Shown here: positions 29,161-42,782 of the stretch, piece by piece
Numbering within the stretch: the stretch's first letter is position 1
Layout of the letters: every line of letters begins with the position of its first letter
DNA from: Octopus vulgaris
Taxonomy: Eukaryota
Assembly (NCBI GenBank): GCA_951406725.2
Contig: OX597814.1
Coordinates: forward strand, 149,730,001 to 149,794,000
Reading direction: 5' to 3'
Length of the DNA stretch: 64,000 bases
The notes under the pieces: model-generated
What the model was told of the DNA's origin: nothing
What the model saw: only the letters and a program-made list of their open reading frames with translations
Databases searched by the model: none
Position numbers and translations under genes: made by a program

Positions 29161-29724
29161 AGTTTGGTATTTCATTATATTTGCATAATTTCCTAGTTAA
29201 GAAACCCCCAGCTATATTTTTGTCTGCATATATATTCTTTTCGGTGCCAAGATTGTTCAACCAATGACAGTGCAGGTAATTGATTCTTCCCAAACTCTAC
29301 AAAAATTGAAATTACTCAAAGTACTCGTTTCGTTTCATGCATTCGGTGATTCCAGTTGTGATCGCCTTGAACCTCTGCCGCAGTCACGAAACTATGAATC
29401 TCGCTTTAAAATCCTGCACTTCTTTTCTTCTTATGCTTGTTTTTTTTAATTTTCTTTCTTGTTAGAACTGAATTTTTTCGTTATCTATATCCAGATTTTA
29501 CAGTCTCTTTTGTTTAGCCACCATGTATATTTCTTTACTTGCCATTATTTTAGCATGGTAATAGATAGTCTTAGTTTTTTCTCGGATGTGAGCTTTTGTA
29601 TGATTTAATTAGCTTCTCCATTCTTTTTATAAGTGTTTGCTACTCTGGGTTCTGTTTCAATTTGATGGATTCTTTGAAAACGGAAAACAGTTAATATTGT
29701 TCTTAGTTTTAATCATCATATGAA

Positions 29725-29755
29725 GTTGTCGTCGTTGTTGTTGCTGTTGTTGTTG

Positions 29756-29792
<37 letters not shown>

Positions 29793-29795
29793 TAC

Positions 29796-29891
<96 letters not shown>

Positions 29892-29914
29892 CATCATCAT
29901 CATCATCATTATCA

Positions 29915-29987
<73 letters not shown>

Positions 29988-30210
29988 CCTTATCCTTATT
30001 ATTATTATTAAAAGGCGGCGAACTGGCAAAACCGTTAGCGCGCTGAACGAAATGCTTAGCGGTATTTCGCTCGTCCCCACGTTGAGTTCAAATTTCACCT
30101 TTCGAGTTTGCCTTTCATCCTTTCGGGGTCGATTAAACAATTGCCAGTTACCTCAACCCGAAATTGCTGACCGTGTGCCAAAATTTGAAATCACTATTAT
30201 TATTATTATC
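29725..30210 (+). repeat. (TTA)n tract with a decayed family C SINE (~30011-30195) inserted
   Basis: aaggcggcgaactggca...gagttcaaattt...tttgcctttcatcctttcggggtcga lies between TTA runs. Confidence 0.8.
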
Positions 30211-30382
30211 ATTAAAGCTACTACATGCAGTTAGCAGATTAGTGTCTTGAGACTTAGTGACTACAAGTCTCCTAATTTCTGAAGAATCTTCCGTAGTATT
30301 CTTGTTTTCTACAGTCTCTTAATCTCTTTGGCCAAGTCGTGAAATTACTGAATGTTCTCAATTTCTTTGCAATACCATGAGA

Positions 30383-30697
30383 TAGGGAAATTACATGGCT
30401 CAGTGGTTAGAGCATCGGGCTCAAAATCATGAGGTAGTGAGTTCGATTCCCGGACCGAGATATGTGTTGTGTTCATGAGCAAGACACTTCATTTCACGTT
30501 GTTCCAGTTCACTGAGGTGTAGAGAAATGTGTTGCGACGTCACTGGTGTCAAGCTGTATCGGCCTCTGATTTTCCCTTGGATAACATCGATGGCGTGAAG
30601 AGGGAGAGGTTTGTATTGCTGGTCTTGTACCTCGGGGGTAACTTTTTAGCCGCAATCCTATGGTTATTCGTCACCAAAGAGGGTCTTTACCTTTTTT
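30383..30697 (+). mobile_element. tRNA-derived CORE-like SINE with a distinct tail
   Basis: tggctcagtggttagagc (A box), gagttcgattccc (B box), gtgttcatgagcaagacacttcatttcacgttg as in 10511-10757. Confidence 0.75.
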
Positions 30698-30995
30698 ACT
30701 ATTAGATAATACCTATCCATTATCACATAAAATTGCAAAGCCTACAACGTTACATTTTTTTTTTGTCTTCTACAACCGCATTTGGTCTTCTTTTTTCAAT
30801 TGTATGGGCAGTCACTTTGGAGAAATTCCATAAATTCCTGTAATTATTATTCACCATCATAGCTTCTTCCTCGTGTCATACCACGATTTAGTTCCTGCAA
30901 ATCCACGCAATCATCTAATATCCCATCCAATGAACTCTTTTACTGATACAATTATGGCTCTACTTATGTTCATTTTGTGCTTCAAGATACGAGAA

Positions 30996-31124
30996 AGAAC
31001 AAGAGAGAGCGAGATGGTCATTACTGGATTGTCATCGAGTCTAGGATCGTCTCGATCAGAACAAGAGAGAGCGAGATGGTCATTACTGGATTGTCATCGA
31101 GTCTAGGATCGTCTCGATCAGAAC
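30996..31124. repeat. Perfect 62-bp tandem duplication
   Basis: agaacaagagagagcgagatggtc...gatcgtctcgatc starts at 30996 and again at 31058. Confidence 0.95.
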
Positions 31125-31399
31125 TCTATTTATCTTATTACCATTGTTGCCTATATCGTTGTTGTTGTAATGAGGTTGCAAGGGTACGACACATTTCAAT
31201 GATATGTGCTGGGTGTTTATGATGGTCGTAGTTTTCCTTAGAAAATAAAACATTTAAACCAGGTACAGTATTTATATTTTGAAGATATTTAAAAAAACCT
31301 TTTTGACACGATTAGGATATGTGAAGGGCATTGTATTACAAGACAGCCAAAATAAAAGATGGTTATGAAGAACTGTTTGAAGCAACTTGCCCATGTCAT

Positions 31400-31588
31400 T
31401 AAGAAGCTAGCTTTCCATCCACGTAGTTCCGAGTTCAGTCCAACTCCGCGGCGCTAAAGTCACTGCAGAAGACTGCTTTTTTTTACTATAGCCCTTGATT
31501 AACAAAGGTCTTGTGAGTGAATCTGTTTGACAGAAACTGTGAGGAACCTGGTCGTACATATGTGTGAGTGTGTGTGTGTGTGTGCATG

Positions 31589-31623
<35 letters not shown>

Positions 31624-31842
31624 TGTGTTGTGTATATCTTTGTGCCTATAGTTGTCCTCGCACACACTTGACAATCGGTGTTGGTTTCTTTGCGACTCTG
31701 CAACTTAGCGGTTTATCAATGAGATTCGATAGAATAAGTACCAGATTTTTGAAAAGTAGCACTGAAGTCGATTTGTTTGGCTAAAATCCTTCCGAGAGGT
31801 GCTTGAGCATTGTTGCTGTTTAACGACTGAAACAAACAAAAT
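31400..31842 (+). mobile_element. SINE family A, decayed
   Basis: gttccgagttcagtcc, tactatagcc, cttgtgagtgaat, gatagaataagtacc and gactgaaacaa occur in the expected order. Confidence 0.75.
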
Positions 31843-32017
31843 AGGTACATGTCTACATAAAGGGCATGTTTACATGCGACGATGTAAACAACTCGACGGT
31901 AATTGAATAATTGAACCAGAGGACTAGCTAAACGGTTTTTCTATGTGCTAGGAGTTATAATAAGCATTAGAGTTAAACTATGAAATATATGTAGCCTTTA
32001 CTTACCTTTCCGATTCC

Positions 32018-32568
32018 TTGGGTTATCCGGAAAGTTCGTGCCGAATTTTGAAGGAAAGAAAAAGGTCAATAAATATTTGCATTATATTTTTAATCAACCA
32101 AATATGAACCATTTTGTTGCACAATGCGTCTCTATCTTTCCTTTAACTTGAAAATACCCTCTTCCCAGAATTGAGGTGGTTTCATGGCAAAGAATTCATC
32201 AAGGTATCTTTTTACGTCATCCGAGGAATTGAAATTTTTACCGTTAAGACTATTCTGCAGAAATCCGAAGGAGCAATATCTGATGAATATGGAGGGTAGG
32301 GTAAAACATCCCAACCGAGCAGCAGCAATTTTTGCCTGGCCCCCAAAGCTTCAAGTGCCGAAAATCAACTTTCTTATCTTCCATTTTAAAGAGTTACAGA
32401 ATTAACACAGGTTATAGGAACATAAATCTTCTTCCACGAAAAGATAGCTTAAACTGTGCTCTAAATGGAGGTGTAGTCAAATCCTATTTTATGGACTCAA
32501 CCATGTTCTAAAATAAGTCGAAAGGTAAGCTACTATAAATCGGTACGAAGTTTCCGGACAACCCAATA
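32018..32568 (-). mobile_element. Internally deleted mariner transposon (~550 bp)
   Basis: TIRs ttgggttRtccggaaaSttcgtRccga. Minus strand MEDKKVDFRHL (N-terminus) is joined to LQNSLNGKNFNSSDDVKRYLDEFFAMKPPQFWEEGIFKLKER (C-terminus). Confidence 0.92.
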
Positions 32569-33122
32569 TATATGGAAGGAAGTAATGTTGATGTAGTCGG
32601 TATTTCCTTTCCTTTCTCATATCTGGTTCTGAAAGAGTTCAGCTTAGCATTTAAACCGTTACAGCTAAGCAACGAAGTGAATTGCAAATATGTAAAATCG
32701 GAAATTTAAAGCTCCGAGAAATATCGTTATCTCATATTTTCAAATTTTAAATACATTTTAAATGAGCAAAATTAACAAAATCTCATCAAGCGCAAGGCAG
32801 TCATTAGCTTTTTCTTAATTATTAACTATAGTTTGGGAGCTATAATGATTTGTTCAATATCTTAATCTATTTTACATTAGTATTTGTGGCTGATTTTATA
32901 TTTTAAATGTAACCAAAAAACAGATATCTGTGTTTGAGTCACAAGTACGAGTAATAAAGTTAATAACATTTTATTCAAAATTTAAATTCTAATGTTCTTT
33001 CTTGTAATTTTTCTGCTTTAAGTGAACAAATATTCTAAACCTGTTGTATAAATATTTTACTTGCTTCAGTCAGTTGGAAGTGGTCATACTGTGGCCATGA
33101 AATAATTGGAGTAACTCACTCT

Positions 33123-33343
33123 GGTGGTGGTGGTGGTGGTGGTGGTGGTTGTGGTGGTGGTTAAAGAAGAAGAAGAGGAGAATGAGATAAGAGGAGAATG
33201 AGAAATAGAAGAAGAGATAAGAAGGAAAAAAGAAGCTCGCAAGCAAAGAAGCAACTAGTAGTAGTAGTAGTAGTAGTAGTAGTAGCAGCAGCAGCAGTAG
33301 TAGTAGTAGTAGTAGTAGTAGTAGCAGCAGCAGCAGCAGTAGC

Positions 33344-33376
<33 letters not shown>

Positions 33377-33567
33377 TGTTGTTGTTGTTGTTGTTGTTGT
33401 TGTTAGGCGTTTCTTGTATTAATTTACATGTTCTTGTCGTTTCTGATGTTGTTGCTGTCGTTGTTGTTGATGCTGATCATGATCATGATGGTCATGATGA
33501 TGACGATGACGATGATGAAGATGACGATGATGAAGATGACGGTGATGGTGACGACAACGACGACGAC

Positions 33568-33613
<46 letters not shown>

Positions 33614-33650
33614 GTGGTGGTGATGGTGACGTCGTCGTCGTCGTCGTCGT
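33123..33650. repeat. Compound trinucleotide microsatellites (GGT, GTA, GCA, GTT, GAT)
   Basis: Directly visible. Confidence 0.9.
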
Positions 33651-34398
33651 TCTTATTGCTATTCCACTAAGGTTTCAGCGGTGGTCAAACACCGATCGAG
33701 CAGAACAAACTTTAAGCGTATTTCTGTCGTAAGCAATCTGTCGTTCTAAGACAGAAAAATTCAACGATTTACATTTCAATAATGTTACATAATTTCAGAA
33801 GGCAAAGTATGATTTTAAGAGAAGATTTTTACTGTAACATATATAACTTCTGTACCTTACTTTATTTGACTTGTATGCATTCTTCGTTTCGTATTCTTTG
33901 CACAACTATATTTTCTATGGCGTAAGATTGTAGTGGTTGTCGTAGTCGTCAAAATCATTGTTGCTGTTGTCGTAACTTTTGTATATTTTGTGCTGTTTAT
34001 TTTATGTACTTATTTGTTTTGTCGTTGTTTGGTTTCCTTTCGTTTTAGTACACCTGCCTATCAAGATGGAGGTTGCGAGAGAAAAGGTTAAGTGGCAGGT
34101 GGTTGGTGGATGAGGAAATAGTGTTTTACACACTCTATCTTACATAAAATATTTTGTTTTATTTCTTCAAGTTTTGTTATAGGTCTGATTAACATCAGCG
34201 TCTTCATCAGCTATTTTACCCACTACCATCATCATTGTTATCGTCGTCATCATCGGCAGTGTGCTCCACTTCTTCATCATCATCATTGTCTTCAACATAA
34301 CTGACATCTTCACCAATATCGCCATCGCAATTTCGGCACCATATTTGCTATGATTGTGACCTAAACCTGCTGGTACACACGCATACAAACACACGCAT

Positions 34399-34512
<114 letters not shown>

Positions 34513-34609
34513 GCACAACACACAAACTCAGCACACACTCGGGCACCCGCATGCATGTATATATATATATTTATATATATATATTATTTATATATATATA
34601 TATATATAT

Positions 34610-34657
34610 GTCCCATTTTCGTATCACCTAACTGTCCGGATGGTGTGCGATCTTGTC

Positions 34658-34714
<57 letters not shown>

Positions 34715-35054
34715 CGACGTACGTACACTTTGGTCTCTTATATGTAAGTATACATTTTTCTAAATCTTGTGTAACATTATCCGTTTTTTTCCATCCTTGT
34801 TTTTGTATACATTCGCTTCTTTCTTCCAAGGAATCTAATGCGCTTAGCTTAGTTTTTCCTTGGGGCTGGCCAGATTGGAGCAATCTCGAGTACAATCAGC
34901 CGAAATTGCGAAGCTAATCTGGTACTCGACTGAGGAAAGAAAGCTTCGAATGACTCGTCCTTGTTTTCTTGGTATCGTCTATCTGGATGTTTTGTTGTTC
35001 CATTTTTGTATCACCTAACTGTCAGGATGGTTTACGTTCTTGTCCTATTTTGTG

Positions 35055-35057
<3 letters not shown>
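34610..35057 (+). mobile_element. (TA)n-embedded repeat with a partial tandem copy of its 3' end
   Basis: 34610-34660 repeats 35000-35050 (gtatcacctaactgtc.ggatggt) with (TA)n between; homologous to 1292-1465. Confidence 0.65.
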
Positions 35058-35112
<55 letters not shown>

Positions 35113-35116
<4 letters not shown>

Positions 35117-35391
35117 GAAATGAATATGCTGACAAAATAATTTAAGTAAGGGAGAGTATATTTAATTAGGTGAAAGTTCTTTTTACCGGTTGCGCATTTG
35201 TTATGCTTATCAAAAGATATTTTTTTAAGAGAGATAGAGTTCCTTTCTGATAGATTTTTCTCTTATCAGAAAGGAACTCTATCTCTCTTAAAAAATATCT
35301 TTTGATAAGCATGACAAATGCGCAACCGGTAAAAAGAACTTTCACCTAATTTTACTTAAATTATTTTGTCAGCATTTTCTTCATTTCCTTT
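35113..35391. mobile_element. Near-perfect ~280-bp palindrome in a (TA)n region with a variant hammerhead in each arm
   Basis: Arms 35113-35252 and 35264-35391 with an 11-nt spacer. The right arm at 35298-35337 reads UUGAUAA-GCAU gacaa AUGC-GCAA-CCGG-UA. Confidence 0.75.
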
Positions 35392-35423
35392 TTTTATATA
35401 TCACAACTCGTGTTCCACATCTC

Positions 35424-35503
<80 letters not shown>

Positions 35504-35504
35504 C

Positions 35505-35830
35505 CTCGTTCAAGTCTAACGACCATGCATGTTTATTTTCGTTCGATTTCCTTGTATGTCTCCACTGCCCTGTTTTTGTTCCCTCCATTGACCCTCCATA
35601 AATCGCAAATTTTATGTTGTATTTGTGGGAGCAACTGCCATCGAAGACTCATATTGTCGTTCAATGCTCGAAATGAGGAGTAGATAGGCGACCGACAACT
35701 GATGACGGTTCGTTTTTTATGTTACTTGTCCTGTTTTCCATTTGTTTCTCTCGTTGTTTGCATATTCAACTCATTTTTGTTTTTGCATTTCATGTTGTTT
35801 ACTGTTTGTGACGTCCTGTACCCATATATG

Positions 35831-35833
<3 letters not shown>
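35505..35833 (+). mobile_element. (TA)n-embedded cassette, same family as 46451-46741, with a decayed hammerhead (35637-35689)
   Basis: Shares ctcgaaatgaggagtagatag..ccgacaactgatga and a gtcctgYacccatatatgc terminus with 46451-46741. Confidence 0.65.
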
Positions 35834-35872
<39 letters not shown>

Positions 35873-35966
35873 TGTGGCTGCTTTTATATTTTAAATGTAA
35901 CCAAAAACAGATATATGCGTTTGAGTCACAAGTAGGAATAATAAAGTCGGTATGCATATAATAATA

Positions 35967-36028
<62 letters not shown>

Positions 36029-36079
36029 CCCAACAACAACAACAATAATACCAGGATAGAATTCATAAATATTTAATTC

Positions 36080-36178
36080 ATCGCTACGTAAGTTTCCACA
36101 GATTAGATGATTTGGGGATTAGTGCAGTATAGCACTATTATCCATGGGCATCAGCATTAATTCATTTCATCAGGTGAT
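36080..36178 (-). ncRNA. Type I hammerhead motif with extended stem II
   Basis: Minus strand AUCAC-CUGAUGA-a[long stem II including UAGUGC/GCACUA]g-GAAA-CUUACG-UA-GCGAU. One mismatch in stem I. Confidence 0.7.
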
Positions 36179-36911
36179 ACTGTATAATCTGCATGTACTT
36201 GGTAGGGGAAGGTACGTAATGGCAGTGGAATAAGGAACGATTGTAATATGGAGATGGTGGTGTTTGTGGTGATGTTGGATTTATTTGCTATTCATTCTGC
36301 AGGTTTTAAGGATAGTCATTCATTTAGCAGATTTAAGGATGGTAGGATATTTCTTTGTTCTATTTCGCTCAGTACCTGACTCTCCTTAATACATTCTGAA
36401 CCTAACTGGTAATCAGTTGTTATATAGTGAGGTTTGTTGACTACATCGATTAATACCACCATTCTTACCGTGACTTTTTCACTGTTTCTATTGTTGTGAT
36501 AGTGTTTGTCAACATTGGGATTTTCAATTATTTGTTTGGGTTCCTTCATTATTATATGATTTGGTACTTGTTTTTCAAAATAATTTATTTTTTTCAAATC
36601 CCTTAAACAAAATAGCAAAGAAACAAAATATCATTCATGAGATTTGAAAAAAATATATTTTGAAAACAAGTAACAAATCTTAGAATAATGAAGGAACCCA
36701 AACAAATAATTGAAAATACCAATGTTGACACACACTACTACAACGGAAACAGTGAACAAGTCACTATAAGAGGGGTTCTTATTAATTCAATGTAGTCAAC
36801 AAATCTTACGATATAGCAGCTGAACACCTGTTGGGTTCAGAATATACTGCTGAATGAATGACCATCCATAAAATCAGTAGAATGAATAGCAAACAAATCC
36901 AACACCACCAC

Positions 36912-37548
36912 AGGGCAGCGGACTCGCGGTCGTAAGAACGTGGTTTCGATTCCCAGACCGGGCATTGTAGGTGTTTATTGAGCAAAAACACCTAAGCTCT
37001 ACGAGGCTCCGGCGAGGGTGGAGTGAACCCCGTTGTACTCTTTCACCACAACTTTCTCTCATTCCTTTTTCCTACTTCTGCCACAAAGCAGAGGAACCAT
37101 GGTGTAACCCACTATGGTGTGGTAAAATTTCAGAACCTAGTCTAGACTGCGAATCCTCTGCACCCAAGGATGGTTCAGCTCTCCACCCGTTAAAAGCCAC
37201 CGTTTACGGAATGAGGATAACAACGTAGCTTTCGTGCCCGTGCAACCGCCAGTCTATTGCGTGTGGTGGGTGGATCTTCAAGTTGCCACACGTATTCTTA
37301 GTAGCTTAGAGTAGGCTCGAATTAGAGATTATACTCTGTGGCTAATGGCGTGAGTCCTGATTGGAAGAAGAAGAAGAAGAAGAAGAAGAAGAAGAAGAAG
37401 AAGAAGAAGAAGAAGAAGAAGAAGAAGAAGAAGAAGAAGAAGAAGAAGAAGAAGAAGAAGAAGAAGAAGAAGAACAAGAAGAACAAGAAGAAGAAAAAGA
37501 ACAAGAAGAACAAGAACAAGAACAAGAAGAACATGAACAAGAAGAAAA
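36912..37548 (+). mobile_element. SINE family B (5'-clipped) with tail type iii ending in (GAA)n
   Basis: 36912-37080 matches the head and body of 3408-3773, then an unrelated ~285-bp segment and a GAA/GAACAA tail. Confidence 0.7.
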
Positions 37549-37689
37549 TACCACAAACACCAACATCCCCGTATTGCTACCACTCCTTCCTCTACTCCCA
37601 TCACGTACATACAGAAGTAGAAAGCTAGATTGGCCTTCATATGACAAGAAAGGCTAAACATCCCTCTGAGATTCATCCAATTATACAGT

Positions 37690-37807
37690 ATCGTCTGATG
37701 AAATGGATCAATGATGCCCACAGATAATACGGACTATACTGTAGTAACCCCAAAGATACCGACTCTGATGTGAAGGTCATCTGATCTATGGCAACATACG
37801 TAGCGAT
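37690..37807 (+). ncRNA. Type I hammerhead motif with extended stem II (A13C)
   Basis: AUCGU-CUGAUGA-a AUGGAUCA...UGAUCUAU g-GCAA-CAUACG-UA-GCGAU; paralogue of 36080-36178. Confidence 0.7.
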
Positions 37808-37857
37808 GTATTAAATATTTATAAATTCCATCCTGGTATTATTGTTATTATTATATT

Positions 37858-38045
37858 TATCTTATTTATATTGACTGCAGCCATGATAGAGCACTGCCTT
37901 TAGTCGAACAAATCGACCCCAGGACTTATTCTTTGCAAGCCTAGTATTTATTCTATCGCTCTATATTTTTCCGAACCGCTAAGTTACGGGGACGTAAACA
38001 CACCAACATCGGTTGCCAAGCGATGATGGGGGACAAACACAAACA
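37858..38045 (-). mobile_element. SINE family A, 3' half
   Basis: gactgcagccatg...atcgaccccaggacttattctttg...ccgaaccgctaagttacggggacgtaaacacacc. Confidence 0.8.
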
Positions 38046-39122
38046 CACAAACATACACACGCGCGCACACCCACAAACACACACACACACACACATACAC
38101 ACACACACAAACAAACAAACACACACACTGCGTTTCAGATCATTATAAACTACGTAATATATTTTTATTTTATTTAAAAACTGTTCATTGGAATTCAACG
38201 GAAATTTTTACAGAATGTTGTCAACGTTTATATGCGCGTGGTGAGTCAAAAGCAACACGATAACTACGGCCATTTACCCAATTTACGTACACTTTCACAG
38301 TTTCGAATTATTAAAGTGGTATAATTAAAACCCATGTAAACAAGAAAATACCAATCTAATTTTTTGATGTGCACACTGAAATGAATACATACAGTCATAA
38401 TCATGAAAGAAATAGAAATAAACAAATAAACTGCATTATTTACATTGTTTAATTTTTGACGGATATTTGTCCTCATCTTGTTTGTTGTTAACACAACGTT
38501 TCGGCTGATATACTTCATAAGGAGCCGACAATGCAACAAGATCTTCCGTAGGTTTTGATAACGGTCATTTATTTGGCCGATCAAGTGAACAGACAACTCG
38601 TTAAATGAATGTGTAAGTGGCTGAATATTCCACAAGCACATGTATTCATAGCCTAATTCCCAAGCCTAATCGGCATGATATATTATACGTATGGTAAAGT
38701 TTGGTCCTTTGAATTGCCAGTACATTTTATCTGGTGAGTTTCCACAAAGTTATCTTCGACTAAATTTCACTCACAAGGATTTGGTCTACCCGAGATAATA
38801 GTAAAGATAATTGCCTTTGATGCCTCACCATTGGACCTGGCGGAGTCCTCATGATTTAAATTTAATTAACCATTCAACCTTTCCCATATTCAACAAACTC
38901 GCTTCCATATGTATGAAGTATGTTTGAAGAGTATCAAATGCCGAAAGAAGACATAAATTATCTGCCGGTTGATTCATTACTAAAATAAATACCAATAAGA
39001 GACACTTCCCGCATAACAAACACAGTAATTAACTTAATGTTGACCATTTTTGATGTAGTAACAACAGTCTAATTAAACACACTTATACCTTGAAGAGAAG
39101 TCTATATTAGCTTAAATACTAA

Positions 39123-39535
39123 TCTATAATATAAATTGGACATGGGCGATCGTTCTATTCTTTCTTGTCTTGAGTTTCACAGCCAAACGGCTGGGTGGAT
39201 TCGCGTCAAAAATGGCACACATGTGGAGACAGGTGCATAGAGTGGAATGCAGTTTGTATTTTTTCCTAACCCCCATACTTACCGAGAAAATCGATTAAAA
39301 CCTTTTTCTCATGGAGTTTCCCTCTTTCTTCTGCCATTAAAACAACCAGTTGCTTAGATGCTGTTTTCTGACGGGATGGGGTCAGGAACTTTTTTCACAT
39401 AGCTGGAGGCTCCAATCGAAATACGGGAACCCGAAATGATAAGGTTGAGAAACGCTGTCATAGATTATGCCTAACCGAAAACGATCACAGCCACATCATC
39501 CAAACAGACCGGGTGAAACTGGGCTTAGCTGCTAG
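39123..39535 (+). mobile_element. Non-autonomous Helitron
   Basis: Starts a|TCtataatataaa and ends with a subterminal hairpin-like ccgggtgaaactggg followed by gCTAG|t. Inserted between A and T with no TSD. Confidence 0.72.
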
Positions 39536-41558
39536 TATTATATATGTCATTTCAGTAACATATTTTTTTCATGTCTATGTATGTACGGCATTGTACATTT
39601 TGTAAGGCATTCTTTCATACTTGTACATTCTCTCAGTGCTCCAGCATATACAAAGAAATCTATACCTCACTGAGGATACCTAATAATATAATTTCAGTTC
39701 TGGAAAACCACACTTTCCATACAAAAGTCTCGTGGTCTTGGTGTCACCATGATCTAGTAGTTTCGCAAAAAGATTTGATACAATAAATACTAGATTTAAA
39801 ATATTAGCACTGGTGTTAATTTACTTTCCGTTAAACTTTCAGGGCAATGCCCCATAATGGCTGCAGTCGAAAGTTGGAAACATCTAAATAATAGAAGAAT
39901 AATTGATATTTCTATTTCTCTTGCAGATGGACAAACAAAACAATAAACCTAGCGGCATTTCGTTTAAAGAATCTTGTAGAAAAGGATAGACAATTTCAAG
40001 AAGGGAAAAGCTAATTTATCAACTTACATGCTCATAGAAAGAGCAGTCTGATCTTTCTTTATAAGCAAGGGCAAATTCTTTTCGGTCTATTAGACATTGT
40101 CCAAAGAACAATCTCGCAAAACGCGTCAAATCAGTTGACAGATTTTTAGATACAGAAAAGTAGTTACGCCCATTTTGGTTTTTGTTCTTTTGTAGTCCAG
40201 ACTAATTTGAATTGTTAATGCTATAAGCGTAGTTACTGTTGGTGGTGGGGACGATGGTAGTTTATGGTGGTGGTAGGAAGGGGTTCTCTCGAACCCGTGA
40301 TAGATTCTTCCGAAATTTGTTGTTGCACAACCTGTACGGATGACTTGTTTATGGGGACGAAACATGAGGGCCGTACATTGACTCACTCCCACCATCAAAG
40401 CGACACTGCCTGTTGTAGATGTGCAGTGTGCCATCCTTCAGATGTCTAAGTGATCGCAAGACTGTAATAGGTGAAGGGAGATAATCCTAATTGCCCAAAG
40501 ACATGAATTCCAATAATTAATTTAACGTCTGATGCACTGAATGCCGTATACATTAAAAAATCCTTTCTCCAATATCATGGTATATTTTCAGTGATATAGG
40601 CAATAGCAAGACTGTGAAGTGTACGAATGAATTAGTGCTCTAGACAGAAGCTAATAATAATAGATTTTGTTATATTGATGCCAACAGTGAGAAAGTACGC
40701 ACAAAGCGACTGAATGGAGCTCGATAGCATTGATTTAAATTTAAATTTTCGTTTGAAATAAGAAATAAATCATACTTTATTTGTGTTATTTCAATTCCAT
40801 TATTAATATTACTATCATTGTTATGTTATTAATTTTCTGGTTTTATTGTTGTTAACATTGTTGCTGTTGTTATTAACACTACTATCATCATTATCATCAT
40901 CATCATCATTATTATCATTATTATGATTATTGAAATATTTGATTCTTTACATTTGTTTATTCATTTACTGTTTTTCTTGTATATTGTTATTTATTTATTT
41001 ATTTGTTAATTAATTATTCTTTCTTTGTTTAACATCATAAGTTACTTCTTGGATATCTCTATCTTTTGGTGTGATTTATACATTTTATTTAATTTCACTT
41101 CTATCTGATATGAAAATAATTTATTCGTCTATATCAGAGTCTCTTGCTAATTTTTTTTTTCTTCTCAACTCCTTTCATTCTTTCAATCTTTCATTCTTTC
41201 AATCTTTCATTCTTTTATTCTTGCATTCCTTCTTTCTCCCGGGTATGATACTAATGATAAACATCATATAAAGCTGTAATGAAATCAGAAGTGCAAGTTC
41301 TTTTAGTTCTTTCCTTTTGTTTTCTTTTCTCTTTGTAGGTTATTTTCTCACGTGGATGTGCATGCACGTACGCACACACGCGCACGCGCGCACCACACAC
41401 ACAACACGTATATACATATGTGAGTATGAATATATGTATGTATATATATATATACATACACACATACATACACACACATACATACATACGTACATACATT
41501 CATACATACATACAAACATACATACATACATACATACATACATACATACATACATACA

Positions 41559-41594
<36 letters not shown>

Positions 41595-41727
41595 TACATA
41601 TGCTCATTTGCATATATAGAGTGTTTCTACGTAGGTTTCCAGATATTTATGTATACATGCGTATAAATATGTCTTTGTGTGTGCATCTGTGTTTATACAT
41701 ACATACATACATGCATACATATATACA

Positions 41728-41760
<33 letters not shown>

Positions 41761-42455
41761 GTATATATATACATATATATATAAATTTATGTACGTATGC
41801 GTGCGTGTATGTGCATAAATATAAATACATTATATCATATATCATATATATATATATATATATTGTATAACATAATTGTGCATAAGTATTTATATATATA
41901 TATATATATATACATAGATTCGCGTACTTGTACTTATATATATTGTGTATGTTGCGCTATGTATGTATGATATATATATATATATATATATATTCATATA
42001 TATATATATCATACGTACATACATATAAGTATATATATATATACATATACATACATATACACACACACATACACATGTATATATATTATGTATGTATATA
42101 TGTATGTGTGTATATATGTGTATATGTGTATGTATGTAAGCAAACATTCACATATTTCTTATTGTCATACTGCTTAACAAAAACATTTGATTTATGGAAT
42201 TTTGATTGTTGCCTCGTCGGTAGTATGTATGATAGTAAATCATGAATTGTACAATTCTCTCTAGATACTAATTGCAGAGACCTAACTCAGCACAAATATT
42301 ATCAAACTCTTGCACAAATGTAGGTGAATGTGAACACAAAAATTTTAATAGATCTAGATCTAGAAGCATCCATACTGTTCTTCAGTTTCCACACCAAGCT
42401 GCATAATACGAAAAGTGGTATTAAATACATACATACGCACAATATGTATGCATAG

Positions 42456-42491
<36 letters not shown>

Positions 42492-42782
42492 ATGTATGTG
42501 TACACACATATACGCACAAACACATACACATTCATACACATACATACACACACACTCACACATATATATATATATATATATAAATATACACATATATATG
42601 ACCAATTTTAAATACTATTGGAACTTAATCTCAAGGTACAGGAATCTTATATGTATACCATTCTGCCTAAATAATGGAACTACAGGTACAATATCCCTGC
42701 ATATCTCTATTTTCATTCTTCCACTCACTCTTTGTTTCATATCTTATCTAGAATAACTATTGCTTAACCATCTTCTCACACC

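Larger units (their letters stand above)
36030..37855. mobile_element. Large inverted pair of Penelope-like 3' ends, right arm interrupted by a SINE
   Basis: Left arm 36030-36600 is the reverse complement of 36641-36910 plus 37548-37855. Each arm carries a hammerhead and ends in TAA/TTA repeats. Confidence 0.75.

Noticed and set aside
39908-40015. Strong splice-acceptor-like tttctatttctcttgcag followed by ATG
   Set aside because: The frames I checked close within about 30 codons and no clear donor was found, so an exon cannot be supported without RNA data.
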